Below are positions 10,330 to 22,290 of a stretch of 64,000 bases of DNA, piece by piece. Below the pieces are notes generated by a model. It did no database searches, was not told where the DNA came from, and worked only from the letters and a program-made list of their open reading frames with translations. This DNA is from Methanococcus aeolicus Nankai-3. GTDB lineage: Archaea > AGJL01 > Methanococci > Methanococcales > Methanococcaceae. Made by a program: the position numbers and the translations under genes. Positions within the stretch are counted from its first letter, which is position 1, and every line of letters begins with the position of its first letter. The stretch is taken from contig NC_009635.1 of NCBI RefSeq assembly GCF_000017185.1, positions 248,563 through 312,562 on the forward strand. Direction: 5' to 3'.

Positions 10330-11703
10330 ATGATGGAAAACTTTTCAGAATGGTATCATAATATACTTGAAACAGCTGGAATATATGATTTAAGATATCC
10401 TTTAAAAGGTTGCGGTGTTTATCTCCCCTATGGATTTAAAATAAGAAGATATGCATTTGAAGCCATAAGAGATATGCTTGACGAATCAAACCACGATGAA
10501 GCACTATTCCCAATGTTAATTCCAGAAGATTTATTGGCAAAGGAAGGAGAACATATTAAAGGATTTGAGGAGGAAGTTTATTGGGTTACACATGGGGGAA
10601 CTACTCCACTTGATGTAAAACTTGCTTTAAGACCAACATCAGAAACTCCAATATATCACATGATGAAATTATGGATAAAAGTTCATACAGATTTGCCAAT
10701 AAAAATATATCAAATTGTAAATTCATTTAGATATGAAACAAAGCACACCAGACCACTTATAAGATTAAGAGAAATAATGACCTTTAAAGAGGCACATACA
10801 GCACATTCCACTAGCGAAGAGGCTGAGGCACAGGTGCAAACTGCACTAAATATATATAAAACATTCTTTGATAGGATGGGAGTTCCTACAATTGTATCGC
10901 AAAGACCAGAATGGGACAAATTCCCCGGTGCAGATTATACAATGGCTTTTGATACTATATTCCCCGACGGAAAAACTATGCAAATTGGGACGGTGCATAA
11001 TTTGGGGCAGCATTTTGCAAAAACTTTTGAATTGGAGTTTGAAACCCCGGAAGGAGGAAAAGACTACGCATACCAAACATGCTATGGTATTTCAGATAGA
11101 ATAATAGCTTCAATAATAGCACTACACGGAGATGAAAAAGGGCTTATATTGCCACCAGAAGTAGCTCCGCACCAGATTATAATTATTCCATTATTATTTA
11201 AAGGAAAAGAAGAAATTGCAATGAATAAAGCAAAAGAAATATATAAATCACTTAAAAACACATACAGAGTAAAATTAGATGATAGAGATATAAGACCAGG
11301 CAAGAAATTTAATGACTGGGAATTAAAGGGAGCTCCCATAAGGATAGAGTTGGGACCAAGAGATATTGAAAATAATAAATTAACAATTTACAGAAGAGAT
11401 ACAGGCGAAAAATTCCAAATAGATGAGGATAATTTATTAAATGAGCTAAATACTCTTATTGATTCAATAGAAAATACAATTAAAGAAAAGGCAGAACAGA
11501 AAGTTAAATCTTTTATTACAATATTGGATAATCATGATGTTAATAACATTAAAGAAACATTATCCACCAAAAAAGGAGTTGTATTGGTTCCTTATGACGA
11601 AAATATATATACTGAGGAATTTGAGGAAGAAATTGATGCTTCTGTATTGGGGACTACTGAATATGATGGGAAAAAGTATATTTCTATTGCTAAAACATAT
11701 TAA
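10330..11703 (+). CDS. proS: prolyl-tRNA synthetase (archaeal/eukaryotic type)
   Basis: 457 aa; class II aaRS motifs, N-terminus '[14 protein letters not shown]' typical of archaeal ProRS. Confidence 0.88.
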   Translation: MMENFSEWYHNILETAGIYDLRYPLKGCGVYLPYGFKIRRYAFEAIRDMLDESNHDEALFPMLIPEDLLAKEGEHIKGFEEEVYWVTHGGTTPLDVKLALRPTSETPIYHMMKLWIKVHTDLPIKIYQIVNSFRYETKHTRPLIRLREIMTFKEAHTAHSTSEEAEAQVQTALNIYKTFFDRMGVPTIVSQRPEWDKFPGADYTMAFDTIFPDGKTMQIGTVHNLGQHFAKTFELEFETPEGGKDYAYQTCYGISDRIIASIIALHGDEKGLILPPEVAPHQIIIIPLLFKGKEEIAMNKAKEIYKSLKNTYRVKLDDRDIRPGKKFNDWELKGAPIRIELGPRDIENNKLTIYRRDTGEKFQIDEDNLLNELNTLIDSIENTIKEKAEQKVKSFITILDNHDVNNIKETLSTKKGVVLVPYDENIYTEEFEEEIDASVLGTTEYDGKKYISIAKTY

Positions 11704-12089
11704 TTATTTTTTTATCTTATTTTTTATTAATTTTTGCAATGCTCTGCTGAATTATTCGTGGGGGCAGGTCAGAATAATATTTTGGATTATTTTAATAATG
11801 TATTTTCTAAAAATTAGTAAATACTATTTCCAAGTTTTGGGAGCTCCCTCGTTGAAGCATACTCTAAACTTGTGAGCCGTTATCATTTTTTATCGCGAAG
11901 TGTTTTTTTTATATTATGTTGTAATGTTGTGGAGTATTTAACTATTCGGCATTCATTTCTTTCACATGATGATTTGCTAACTATTTCGGAATAGTCTTCC
12001 TACCAAAAAGATAAAAGATAAAAAATATAAATTATAATTATTTATATTGATGTATATTTAAGTGTAATTTTAATAAAACAGGCGATAAT

Positions 12090-13754
12090 ATGTTTGGCAT
12101 TGCAAAAATTAAAGATAGGATTATAAAAAAAATTAAATCATTCGAAGGGTGGATTTCAGACGGTAATAATTATTTAGATGTTAAAGATTACAAAAATGCA
12201 GCGGATTGTTATTATAATGCACTAAATAAAAATCCAAATGATGATAAGGCATGGTATTCTATGGCTTATGCATTATATAAACTGGGAGATTATAAAGCTT
12301 CATTTGATGCGATTAATGAGGCTTTGAAGTTAAATCAAGATAATCCAACAAAATATCATTATCTAAAAGGTAGTATTTATTATGCTCTTGGCAGATATAT
12401 TGATGAAGATGAATCCTATAATTTAGAAGATAATAAAAGTTACCTGGAAGAGGCTTTTACTAATCTAAATAGTTATTATGAACAAAATAGACAGAATACC
12501 TCCGCACTTATAAAAATGGGGAAGATATTGATATATTTTGGGGAATTTGAAAAAGCACATATTATTTTTAAAAAATGTTATAATTTAAATCCAAATAGTG
12601 TATGTAGAGATTTTATAAAAAATTATAATATTACAATTAAAAATATAGATAGTTTTGAATATATTGAAAGAGGATTATCTTTACTTAACAGCAAAAAATA
12701 TATTGATGCAATAAAATATATCAATAAAGCATATGAATTAAATGAATTAAATGAGCTCCCAATATATTATAAAAGTTGTATTTATGAGTATTTTAGAGAC
12801 TATAAAAAAGCACTATCTTGTATAGATACTTCTTTAAGAATGGTCGAGAGAGACATATTTTTTAGTAAAAAAGGAGATATTCTTTTTAAATTAGGAAAAT
12901 ACAACGATGCAATCAACTGCTATGAAAAAGCACTGGATATTAATGACGATTTACCTTATGCATACTTGGGGTTAGGTATATTATATTATAATATTGAAAA
13001 ATATGATTTTGCCCTTGAATGCTTTGACAACTTATTTGAGCTATATATGGAGCATTTAACTGATGATGAGAAATATCTGATTACAACATATACACTCATT
13101 GGAATGGGGGACATCACCAACAATATTGATTTTTTTGAAGAAGCCCTTAATTATATTGATAAACAGATTAACAGAGATATGGATAATATAGATTTATGGA
13201 GTCTAAAAGGATATGTCTTATTTAAAATGGGAAAATATAGGGAAACACTTGGGGTATATAATAATGCGTTGAGTATAGACCCCACCAATATAGGAATATT
13301 AGAATCCATTGCCATCACTTATGAAAATCTTGGAAAATTTAATGATGCCATTAGAACATACGAAAAACTTTTAAAATTAAATCCGGACGACGAGAAATAC
13401 ATTAATGCAAAATACGGTGCTGAAAATTTAATGTTTGAAAATAAAACAACCCATAAAATCATCACATCACCATTGTTAAATGAAATTACCCTACATTATA
13501 AGATAAAAAATATTGAAATATATATTATGGAACTGGTAGTAAAATATGTAAATGAAAATAATCCTACGGTGGCCTACCATCTGCTTATACATTTGGAAGA
13601 ATATATGGACAGTAATGAATTTCCAGAAATAGAGATATTAAAGAGAAAACTAATGATTGAGATATATAAATATATTGAGAATAAAAGAAATGTTGATGAT
13701 TACACATTAAATCTTACTAAACAATTGCTGTTATCAATTAAAGAATATCAATAA
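12090..13754 (+). CDS. TPR-repeat protein
   Basis: 554 aa with many 34-residue repeats (W/LG/Y/A/F/A/P pattern, 'AxxxYxxALxxNP'). Confidence 0.7.
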   Translation: MFGIAKIKDRIIKKIKSFEGWISDGNNYLDVKDYKNAADCYYNALNKNPNDDKAWYSMAYALYKLGDYKASFDAINEALKLNQDNPTKYHYLKGSIYYALGRYIDEDESYNLEDNKSYLEEAFTNLNSYYEQNRQNTSALIKMGKILIYFGEFEKAHIIFKKCYNLNPNSVCRDFIKNYNITIKNIDSFEYIERGLSLLNSKKYIDAIKYINKAYELNELNELPIYYKSCIYEYFRDYKKALSCIDTSLRMVERDIFFSKKGDILFKLGKYNDAINCYEKALDINDDLPYAYLGLGILYYNIEKYDFALECFDNLFELYMEHLTDDEKYLITTYTLIGMGDITNNIDFFEEALNYIDKQINRDMDNIDLWSLKGYVLFKMGKYRETLGVYNNALSIDPTNIGILESIAITYENLGKFNDAIRTYEKLLKLNPDDEKYINAKYGAENLMFENKTTHKIITSPLLNEITLHYKIKNIEIYIMELVVKYVNENNPTVAYHLLIHLEEYMDSNEFPEIEILKRKLMIEIYKYIENKRNVDDYTLNLTKQLLLSIKEYQ

Positions 13755-13815
13755 AAAAAGGACATTATTATTATTATTATTATTTATATATTACATAAAT
13801 TATTATGGTGACGCC

Positions 13816-15336
13816 ATGAACAAAATCGGTGTAGTTTATGAGGATACGGGAATATCTGAATGTCAAATAATGTGTGATAAAAAAATAAGATTCGGGGAGT
13901 TTGTATTACTTAAAAATATTGACAATATTGAGGTATTGGGGATTATTAAAAATATTAGGGCAAAAGATGATAAATTATTGGGCGTAGTTTCCATCGTGGG
14001 AGCCCTAAATGGACAAAATTTACTTCCAAATAGAAGTCCAATAAAACCAAATAGTGAAGCACTTTTAGGGGATGATTCAATATTATCTAAATTATATTAT
14101 GATAATAAAGGTTTAAATGTGGGGCATCTATTAACACGGGATTCTGTAAGAGTGTATTTAAACACAAATAAACTTATTTCAAGGCATTTTGCAGTTTTAG
14201 CAGTCACTGGGGGAGGTAAGTCAAACACAATTGCAGTATTATGTAGGGAGCTCGCAAAAATAAATGCCACAACTGTAATAATAGACCCGCATGGGGAGTA
14301 TATGTCAATGAGTCATGAGGATATGGAAGGTAGATTAAATCCTATGACTGCAAAATTAGACCCTTCAATTATGTCTCCCTCAGAATTTGCAGATTTAATA
14401 GGACTTAAAGAAGATAATAGAAAGGAAAGAATATTCTTAAATATGGCATTCCATACGATAAAGTAGAAAGAAAGGGAGGAATATAAAAAACAGTATCGAG
14501 GTAAAGTGTTTGTTGAACAAATAATGGATTTAATTGGTGAATGGGCAAATAATTCTATTGTTGGATGGGAAGTAAAATATTACAATCACATAAAAAATAA
14601 ATATGGCAGTAGGAAGTTGGATAAAGAAGACACAGACACATTGCTTACTGTGTTAGATGCTATTGGAGATTTTGAAGCAGGTTTTTCGGCAAATATTACC
14701 AAAGGAGATATTATTGAGAATTTTCAAAGGGGCAAATTAAATATAGTTGATTTAAGCGGTTTTGAAGTAAATCAGATGGTAGCATTAGTTTCATATATTG
14801 CAAAACAGCTTTTAACAAATAGAATTTCATATGCAAAATCAAAAAGGGATTTATACAATCATGATGAAAAGATACGGAGCTCCGCGAGAAATACGATGTA
14901 CCAGTTGGAATCCAAATTTCCAGCACTTACAAAACCAATTGTTATGATTGTTGAGGAGGCACATATATACATTCCAAAAAATAAGGAAACCGATGCCTCA
15001 TACTGGCTCGGAAAAATAGCAAGAGAGGGCAGAAAATTTGGAATAGGTTTGGGAATAATCTCACAGCAACCAAAAAAATTAAACGAAGATGTTTTGAGCC
15101 AGACAAATACAAAAATTATACTTAGAATAGTAGAACCAGAAGACCAAAAATATATCCAAAAAGCTTCTGAGGATTTAGGGGAAGATTTAGTAAAAGACCT
15201 TACATCACTTGGCATTGGTGAGGCGGTGATTACAGGAACTGCAATAAAACTTCCTGCAATAGTTAAAATTGATAAATTCGATGGGGCATATGGCGGAGAG
15301 GATATAAACATTTATGAGGAATGGAACGAGTTATGA
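13816..15336 (+). pseudogene. HerA/DUF87-like P-loop ATPase, reading frame interrupted by a single in-frame TAG at 14464-14466
   Basis: ORFs 13816-14466 and 14506-15336 are in the same frame and joined by 13 sense codons. N-terminal barrel-like region, Walker A 'AVTGGGKSNT', Walker B 'VMIVEEAH'. Combined length about 506 aa, typical of HerA. Confidence 0.6.
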
Positions 15337-15416
15337 TATAGCTATTAATTTTTTCAATGAGAAATATGTATAATGAGTTAAATAAATATTGGGCGATATT
15401 AGTAAAGGTGGGATAT

Positions 15417-15587
15417 ATGAAAAAATCATTTCTCCTGTTAATTATTGCAACATTGGTAATTTCAAATGCCCATGCAATAGTGGGGGATGTATTTGAGGAT
15501 TATAATTCTTCATTTGATACTTCTACAAGTATATATTTAGGATATAATTATACTCCTGATATGAATTCTACGGAATTGGATGAATAG
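15417..15587 (+). CDS. small secreted protein, or N-terminal fragment of a disrupted gene
   Basis: Signal peptide 'MKKSFLLLIIATLVISNAHA'; ORF terminates after about 57 aa. Confidence 0.3.
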   Translation: MKKSFLLLIIATLVISNAHAIVGDVFEDYNSSFDTSTSIYLGYNYTPDMNSTELDE

Positions 15588-15755
15588 ATTAATGAGCAAG
15601 GTAGTGACCATTCATGGGCATATCATATATTACAGCAGGACGACGACAGCTTTAGATTTGAAGTTGGATATTAGATATGGAAGGACAATACTTCAAAATA
15701 TACCGTTAAACTTTATGGGAATACAACAGAAGGTGATGTAAGTTCAGTTGGTATA

Positions 15756-16178
15756 GTGTTCCCTTCGCTTGAAATGGAAAAAGATAAGACCTATCAAATT
15801 GAAATGTCATTAAATGGTTCCGATTTTGAGCTATTTGTTAATGGTGAAAAATATAATGCATCAGGATACCTACAAATAAGATATGCAAATGGTTCAAGTG
15901 GCTGGGAGTCTTTCAAAAATGGGAATATATCCTTAGGGAATTTCTCATTAAGAAATGGGGACCAGGGTCTAAAATCTAATATTACTGGATGGGATGATCA
16001 ACATTTGGGCAGCCATCCTTTTACAAATATATCAGTTCTTGATGCAAATATATTGGGTGCAGGGGATAATACTCCAAATACGCCCGTAAAATCTCCCGCG
16101 CCATATGGTGCAATTATCATGTCCATAGTGATAATTACCACGATAATAATGAGGGATAATAAATGGATAAGAAATTAA
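15756..16178 (+). CDS. hypothetical exported protein with C-terminal TM anchor
   Basis: N-X-S/T sequons, C-terminal hydrophobic segment plus basic tail 'IMRDNKWIRN'; GTG start. Confidence 0.35.
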   Translation: MFPSLEMEKDKTYQIEMSLNGSDFELFVNGEKYNASGYLQIRYANGSSGWESFKNGNISLGNFSLRNGDQGLKSNITGWDDQHLGSHPFTNISVLDANILGAGDNTPNTPVKSPAPYGAIIMSIVIITTIIMRDNKWIRN

Positions 16179-16573
16179 TAATTGGAGTTGGAGTTTTAAT
16201 AATTATTCCAATTGCCATTTTTTTATATTTTAATGGAGCAGATGCGAACACTGAGCCAAATACCAGTCCAGATACCAATTATGATGATTCTGTGAGGTTA
16301 AATCTTATAGTTCAAGGAGAGACTGGAGATAGCATAAAATTAAATGATAAAAAAATCCACATTATGGCAGGTCTTGCCTCCTACGACCCTTCAAAAATAG
16401 GAAGTTGCCCATATGCAAACATTAAAATAGATGGATGCGGGGTTAATTATGAAGGAGCCACTGACGATGGAGGATTTGCAACAATTCCAGTTTATTTCGC
16501 TGAGAAGGGGACATTAACCATCACCTGCAAATATAAAAATTATGAAAAAACCATATATCTTCGGGTAGAATAA
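16163..16573 (+). CDS. hypothetical membrane-anchored protein (N-terminal TM)
   Basis: N-terminal TM 'LIIGVGVLIIIPIAIFLYF', then a predicted beta-rich domain. Confidence 0.4.
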   Translation: MDKKLIIGVGVLIIIPIAIFLYFNGADANTEPNTSPDTNYDDSVRLNLIVQGETGDSIKLNDKKIHIMAGLASYDPSKIGSCPYANIKIDGCGVNYEGATDDGGFATIPVYFAEKGTLTITCKYKNYEKTIYLRVE

Positions 16574-17081
16574 TATTAAAAAAATTAAATATAAACTATT
16601 AATTATATATCTTTTTTACTATTTTTTACTTTTTTAAAATCATTGATTAGAAATTTAATATTTTCTGTTGTAATATTAAATAAACATCAATAAAATATTA
16701 TTTATTAAGAAAACTATGATAAATGAAAATTTAACATGTTTTTATATGGGCGCCGTTAAGTATTTATATGGTAAAACAAAAATATCAACTATGGGGGTTT
16801 TAAACATGTTTTTTAGCACAGATTTGTCATTATTGATTTTTTTATGATGTAAATTTATAACATATCTCGGCATATGCCATAACGATTTATATATTCCTAT
16901 ATTGTTTGGGAATTATATGTTGATGATTTTTTTATTTACTACTTTTAAGTAGGTATTTTATCTAAATAGGTTGTTGAGGGTAGTTTTATCGAGATTTATT
17001 GCCACATATATTCTTTCCATAAAGAATAGTGTAATAGTGTAATTAGGCATCGACCTCCACATATTAATAAATAATAAACTA

Positions 17082-18407
17082 ATGAGGTATATAATGGAGA
17101 AAATATTTGATAAGAAACATAAAGATTTTGCAGAAAAGATATCAAAAAATATAGGCTTGGAAGAATGGTATGACTGGAAATGGCAGTTGAAAAACTCCAT
17201 AAGGGATATAGACACTTTTGAAGAAGTTATAGGCATAAAATTCCATGAAGACGAAAAAGCAGAATTGCAGGAAGCAGCAGATGTATTTCCACTGTCAATA
17301 ACGCCATATTATGCATCATTGATAGATGTAAAAAACTTCAGAGAAGACCCTATTTTTAAGCAGTCTTTTGTTGGCGTAGAAGAATTAATAACCGAGAACT
17401 TTGAGATGGCTGACCCATTGGCTGAAGATAAAGATTCTCCGGTTCCAGGATTAACACATCGTTATCCAGATAGAATATTATTTTATATCAGTCATGCCTG
17501 TGCGGTATATTGTCGTCATTGCACCCGTAAAAGGAAAGTAGGCGATACAGATAGTATTCCGTCAAAAAAACAGATAGAAAAAGGACTGGATTATATTCGA
17601 AACAACCCTCAAATTAGGGATGTTCTTTTATCAGGGGGGGACCCACTACTTTTGCCTGATGATTATTTAGACTGGATTTTAACTGAGTTGTGGAGTATAC
17701 CACACATTGAAGTGATTAGAATAGGTACGAGAGTTCCTGTGGTTTTACCTTATCGTATTACCGATGAATTAGTAAATATGCTGAAAAAGCACCATCCGCT
17801 ATGGATAAATACTCATTTTAATCATATAAAAGAAATAACAAAATCTTCAAAAAATGCATTAAGAAAACTGGCAGATGTTGGAATTCCTTTGGGGAATCAG
17901 TCAGTATTATTGCGGGGGGTTAATGACTGTCCAAATGTCATTAAAAAACTTAATCAAAAATTGGCTGCAAATAGGGTAAGACCATACTATCTTTTCCAGT
18001 GTGATTTATCGGAGGGGCTTTCACATTTTCGTACATCTGTGAGAAAAGGAGTTGAAATTATAGAAAGTTTAATTGGCCATACAAGTGGATTTGCAGTTCC
18101 AAGGTATGTTGTAGATGCACCTGGCGGAGGAGGTAAAATACCAGTCATGCCAAACTATGTAATTTCATGGGGGACTGACAGGGTTATTTTGAGAAATTAT
18201 GAGGGCGTTATTACCACCTACAAGGAACCAGAGCACCAGGATGATTGCAGTAAAGATTGTACGGGCTGTGAAAGAGGGCTGGCAGAGGAAGGAGAAGAGC
18301 ATGATTTAGTTGGAATAGAGAAGTTACTCTTTAATTCGGCAGATGACACAATATCTCTAGTTCCACAAGGAACTGAAAGAATTGATAAAAGGGACAATAA
18401 TGGATAA
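17082..18407 (+). CDS. ablA: lysine 2,3-aminomutase (radical SAM)
   Basis: 441 aa; '[11 protein letters not shown]' CxxxCxxC radical-SAM motif and KamA-family length; followed by a GNAT gene as in the methanogen ablAB operon. Confidence 0.85.
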   Translation: MRYIMEKIFDKKHKDFAEKISKNIGLEEWYDWKWQLKNSIRDIDTFEEVIGIKFHEDEKAELQEAADVFPLSITPYYASLIDVKNFREDPIFKQSFVGVEELITENFEMADPLAEDKDSPVPGLTHRYPDRILFYISHACAVYCRHCTRKRKVGDTDSIPSKKQIEKGLDYIRNNPQIRDVLLSGGDPLLLPDDYLDWILTELWSIPHIEVIRIGTRVPVVLPYRITDELVNMLKKHHPLWINTHFNHIKEITKSSKNALRKLADVGIPLGNQSVLLRGVNDCPNVIKKLNQKLAANRVRPYYLFQCDLSEGLSHFRTSVRKGVEIIESLIGHTSGFAVPRYVVDAPGGGGKIPVMPNYVISWGTDRVILRNYEGVITTYKEPEHQDDCSKDCTGCERGLAEEGEEHDLVGIEKLLFNSADDTISLVPQGTERIDKRDNNG

Positions 18408-19230
18408 AATAACAAATATCCATGGTTCAGTTATTCAGTTGAGTGATTTGAACGATAGAATATATTTGATGAAGTTGAATCAAGATAAAATAGGGGAATT
18501 ATTGCCACAATTAAATGAAATTTGTGTTAAGAGAGAATATACAAAGATATTCGCCGTGATACCAAATAATTTAAAAAAAGAGTTTGAAAATGAATGTTAT
18601 GTGGAAGAGGCTTTTGTAAAGGGATATTTTTTAGATGATGATGCAATATTTATGTCAAAATATTTTAGTAAGGATAGAAAAATTAGTAGGTTTCCTGAAA
18701 AAGTGAAGGAAGTATTAAATGTTGCAGAAAATAAAAGACCCATTAAATCATGCTCTAATTTAGACTCCAATTTCTCATTGGGTGTTGTTAATAAAGATGA
18801 CGCGGGAGAACTGGCAAATTTGTATAAAAAAGTGTTTGAAACCTACCCATTCCCAATTTATGACCCAAATTATATTATTAAGATGATGAACTCCAATGTA
18901 GTTTATTTTGCAATAAAACATTCTGGTAAAATCGTGGCAGCGGCATCGTCCGAAATAAATAAGGAAAATCGATGTGTTGAAATGACAGATTTTGCTGTAT
19001 TGCCAGAGTATCAAGGTCATAGATTAGCCCAACAGTTACTTTTTGCAATGGAAGATGAAATGAGAAATAAAGGGATTAGAGTAGCATATACAATTGCCAG
19101 GGCGCTGTCCTTGGGCATGAATATCACATTTGCAAAACTTGGATATAAATATACGGGAACTCTTGTAAATAACACGAATATTTGTGGAAAGCTGGAAGAC
19201 ATGAATGTTTGGTACAAACATTTAAAATAA
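18382..19230 (+). CDS. ablB: GNAT acetyltransferase, probable beta-lysine N6-acetyltransferase
   Basis: 282 aa, C-terminal GNAT fold ('[15 protein letters not shown]'); overlaps the ablA 3' end, suggesting translational coupling. Confidence 0.7.
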   Translation: MIKGTIMDKITNIHGSVIQLSDLNDRIYLMKLNQDKIGELLPQLNEICVKREYTKIFAVIPNNLKKEFENECYVEEAFVKGYFLDDDAIFMSKYFSKDRKISRFPEKVKEVLNVAENKRPIKSCSNLDSNFSLGVVNKDDAGELANLYKKVFETYPFPIYDPNYIIKMMNSNVVYFAIKHSGKIVAAASSEINKENRCVEMTDFAVLPEYQGHRLAQQLLFAMEDEMRNKGIRVAYTIARALSLGMNITFAKLGYKYTGTLVNNTNICGKLEDMNVWYKHLK

Positions 19231-19289
19231 TATGATTTTTGACCATATTCTTTTATTTTTTTATATATTTTAAATTTTTTTGTTTTGAA

Positions 19290-20471
19290 TTAAAACAAAT
19301 GTCCTAAAAATTTTGGAATAAAATAAAAAGTCCCAATAGCACTTCCAATACTGGAAAGTGTGGCAACCATTAAAACTCTCATGGCACTGTTATTTTTCAT
19401 TAAATTTTTTATATTATTGGAATTTAAAAGCTCGTCAATATCATCGGAGGTAATCCCCCTATATTTTAGCTCGACTAATCCGGCAATATATCCCGCCCCT
19501 ACAACAGGTATTAATGAAGTTATGGGAGCTCCCAAAAATGCTGCAATAACTGATGGAAATTTACCTCTTGCAATAATTGCCCCAAGAGCAGATAAACCAC
19601 CATTTATAAGTATCCAGTCAATCGTGAGCTTTTTTAGAGCTTCTGGGTCCGATGCAATTGCCCAAAATCCATAAACTACAATTGATACAATTAATGTGGA
19701 AATAATTATTTTTAGATAATTTTTATTTTTTTTTAATTCTGTTAGCTCCTTTAAATTTATATATATTTCATTATTTTCAAGCTTTTTTAAATAGTTGATG
19801 ATGCCTTTTAAATGCCCCGCTCCTACAACCACCAATATTCTTTCTTTTTCTTTGCTGAGTTCATATATATTTTTTGCCATATATTTATCTCGTTCATCGA
19901 CTAAAACACCATATATTGTAGGAGATACTTCTTTCAATACATCTATTAAATCATCTGCATTATCTACCATTTCATTTATTGATTTTTCGTCTAAGTCAAT
20001 ATTTTTGTCGCCACTAATGAAACTCAGCATAATTTGTAGCTTTTCCTTAGATGACAGTGATTGTATTGCTCTTTTTAAAGTAATGTTTATTGGTCTATCT
20101 ATTAATGATATAGGTTTATTGTATGCTATTGCTAAATCAATTGCCTTTTTCATTTCGCTACCCGGCTTTATGCCAAATTTCTCCCCTATATCTTTCTGAA
20201 AATTTGCTAAAAGAGTATGCACTAAAAAAAGACTGATATTTCCTTCTTTTATGATTTTTATTAAATCTACTTTTTTAAGATTATCGGGGTCATTTGTATT
20301 ATTTTTAGTTATTGCAAAAAATCTATCTTTATCAAGCTCAACTGCTATTAAATCGGGGTTTATCTCGCATATTGATTTTTCCACCTTATCCACACTATCC
20401 TCCGAAACATGCGCGGTGCCTATTAGATGTATGTCACATTCATTAATCCCATTGTTTATTTTTATGTTCAT
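19290..20471 (-). CDS. TraB/PrgY/GumN-family protein
   Basis: 393 aa; N-terminal 'HLIGTAHVSEDSVDKV...IAVELD' matches TraB-family signature; C-terminal TM segments. Confidence 0.65.
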   Translation of the reverse strand: MNIKINNGINECDIHLIGTAHVSEDSVDKVEKSICEINPDLIAVELDKDRFFAITKNNTNDPDNLKKVDLIKIIKEGNISLFLVHTLLANFQKDIGEKFGIKPGSEMKKAIDLAIAYNKPISLIDRPINITLKRAIQSLSSKEKLQIMLSFISGDKNIDLDEKSINEMVDNADDLIDVLKEVSPTIYGVLVDERDKYMAKNIYELSKEKERILVVVGAGHLKGIINYLKKLENNEIYINLKELTELKKNKNYLKIIISTLIVSIVVYGFWAIASDPEALKKLTIDWILINGGLSALGAIIARGKFPSVIAAFLGAPITSLIPVVGAGYIAGLVELKYRGITSDDIDELLNSNNIKNLMKNNSAMRVLMVATLSSIGSAIGTFYFIPKFLGHLF

Positions 20472-20611
20472 AATCCACCAAATATAAATTATAATAATTT
20501 AAATAAAACGATATCATAAATAGATAATATAAATATATAATATAATCCATAACATATTTTTATACTATTATATCAGTATTATATATAAATATAAGATATG
20601 AGGGCGATAAA

Positions 20612-21079
20612 ATGACTACGACTGTAAAATCAATAATGAAAAAACCCATTTTATTAAATGAAAATGATAATATTAGCGATGCCATAGAATTATTTAAAAC
20701 CCACAATATTAGTGGAGCTCCCGTGATAAATGACGATAATTATTTTGTAGGTGTGGTATCAGAGGAAGATATTATAAAAACATTAACGACTCATAATGAA
20801 GATATAAATATTTTATTACCATCTCCCTTTGATTTGTTGGAGCTCCCATTAAAAACTACCTTAAAACTTGAAGAATATAGAAAAGATATTGAAAATGCAA
20901 TGAAAACAAAAGTAAAGGAAATCATGGTAAAAGATGTAATTACAATAACGCCAGACACCACAATTAACGAAGCTTCAAAAATTATGGTTAAAAATAAAGT
21001 TAAAAGGCTTCCCATTGTTGAAAATGGGGAATTAGTTGGAATAGTAACAAGGCATGATATTTTAGAAGCTCTTTGTTAG
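20612..21079 (+). CDS. CBS-domain pair protein
   Basis: 155 aa, two CBS motifs ('GAPVINDD...GVVSEEDI', 'RLPIVENGELVGIVTRHDI'). Confidence 0.75.
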   Translation: MTTTVKSIMKKPILLNENDNISDAIELFKTHNISGAPVINDDNYFVGVVSEEDIIKTLTTHNEDINILLPSPFDLLELPLKTTLKLEEYRKDIENAMKTKVKEIMVKDVITITPDTTINEASKIMVKNKVKRLPIVENGELVGIVTRHDILEALC

Positions 21080-21154
21080 TATTTATAATATAACTAATAA
21101 CTACCTACCAATAATAATTAAAAATAAAACATAAATACAAATTGAGGAACATAC

Positions 21155-22162
21155 ATGATAAAATTAATATCTCCATCAAGAATACATATGGGACTTATAG
21201 ACCTAAACGGAAGTATTGGGAGAGTAGATGGGGGAATAGGTATAACGATAGATTATCCTAATTTTGTTATTGAGGGAAGAGGGAGCTCCCAGATAGATAT
21301 AGAATTTAATAAAAATATATTAAATAATTTTAATCCCCAAGACTTAAAAGATATAGAAAATAGAATATATAATTCTTCCAAGGAAATATTGAAATACATG
21401 GGAGAAGAAGGAATTTATTTAAAAATTAATGAAATAATGCCTCAGCATAACGGTTTAGGTAGTGGAACCCAGATTTCATTGGCAACAGGTAAAATAATAT
21501 CCGAAATATACAATAAAAAATTAAATGCTAAAACCATATCAAAAATAACAGGAAGAGGCGGAACTTCTGGAATTGGAGTTTATTCATTTGAAAAAGGAGG
21601 ATTTATAATCGATGGCGGACATAGTTTTGGAAAAGATAAAAATAAAGAAAAACAAGATTTTAAACCATCATCGGCATCAAAAAACACCCCCGTAGCTCCA
21701 CTGTTATTTAGGCATGATTTTAATTGGGATATTGTTTTAACAATTCCAAAGGGCAAAAACATTTGCGGAGATAAAGAGATAGATATTTTTAAAAAATACT
21801 GCCCCATATCATTAAATGAAACTCAAAAAATATGTCATTTGATATTAATGAAAATGATGCCATCAATAATAAATAATGATTTTAATTCATTTGGTGAAGT
21901 TGTCAATGAGTTGCAATATATTGGATTTAAGAATATTGAAAGGGAGCTCCAAAAACCAGCTGTAAAAGAACTAATAAAAAATCTACAAAAAATATCATAC
22001 AGCGGATTATCAAGTTTTGGACCAACAATATATTCATTATGCAATGGAAAAGAAGATATACAGAAAGTTAAAGAATATTCTAATGAATTTTTTGATAACA
22101 ACGGCATAGAGGGGGAAATAATAATTACTAAGGCAAATAATACGGGGCATAAAATATTGTAG
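21155..22162 (+). CDS. GHMP-kinase-family protein, likely beta-ribofuranosylaminobenzene 5'-phosphate synthase
   Basis: 335 aa; 'PQHNGLGSGTQISLATG' GHMP-type glycine-rich motif; size matches methanopterin-pathway beta-RFAP synthase. Confidence 0.55.
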   Translation: MIKLISPSRIHMGLIDLNGSIGRVDGGIGITIDYPNFVIEGRGSSQIDIEFNKNILNNFNPQDLKDIENRIYNSSKEILKYMGEEGIYLKINEIMPQHNGLGSGTQISLATGKIISEIYNKKLNAKTISKITGRGGTSGIGVYSFEKGGFIIDGGHSFGKDKNKEKQDFKPSSASKNTPVAPLLFRHDFNWDIVLTIPKGKNICGDKEIDIFKKYCPISLNETQKICHLILMKMMPSIINNDFNSFGEVVNELQYIGFKNIERELQKPAVKELIKNLQKISYSGLSSFGPTIYSLCNGKEDIQKVKEYSNEFFDNNGIEGEIIITKANNTGHKIL

Positions 22163-22290
22163 TGGGAGCTCCCATTTACTACTTAATTATAGTGTTTTTT
22201 ATCGGAGCTCCGATATAAAAATTAAAAGATTTTGCGTAAATATTTTTATTATTTTATTATATTCATTCTTTCATTTATTTTTATATTATT

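Noticed and set aside
10710-11339. Several 69-85-aa ORFs inside proS on either strand
   Set aside because: Entirely nested within a well-supported aminoacyl-tRNA synthetase gene.
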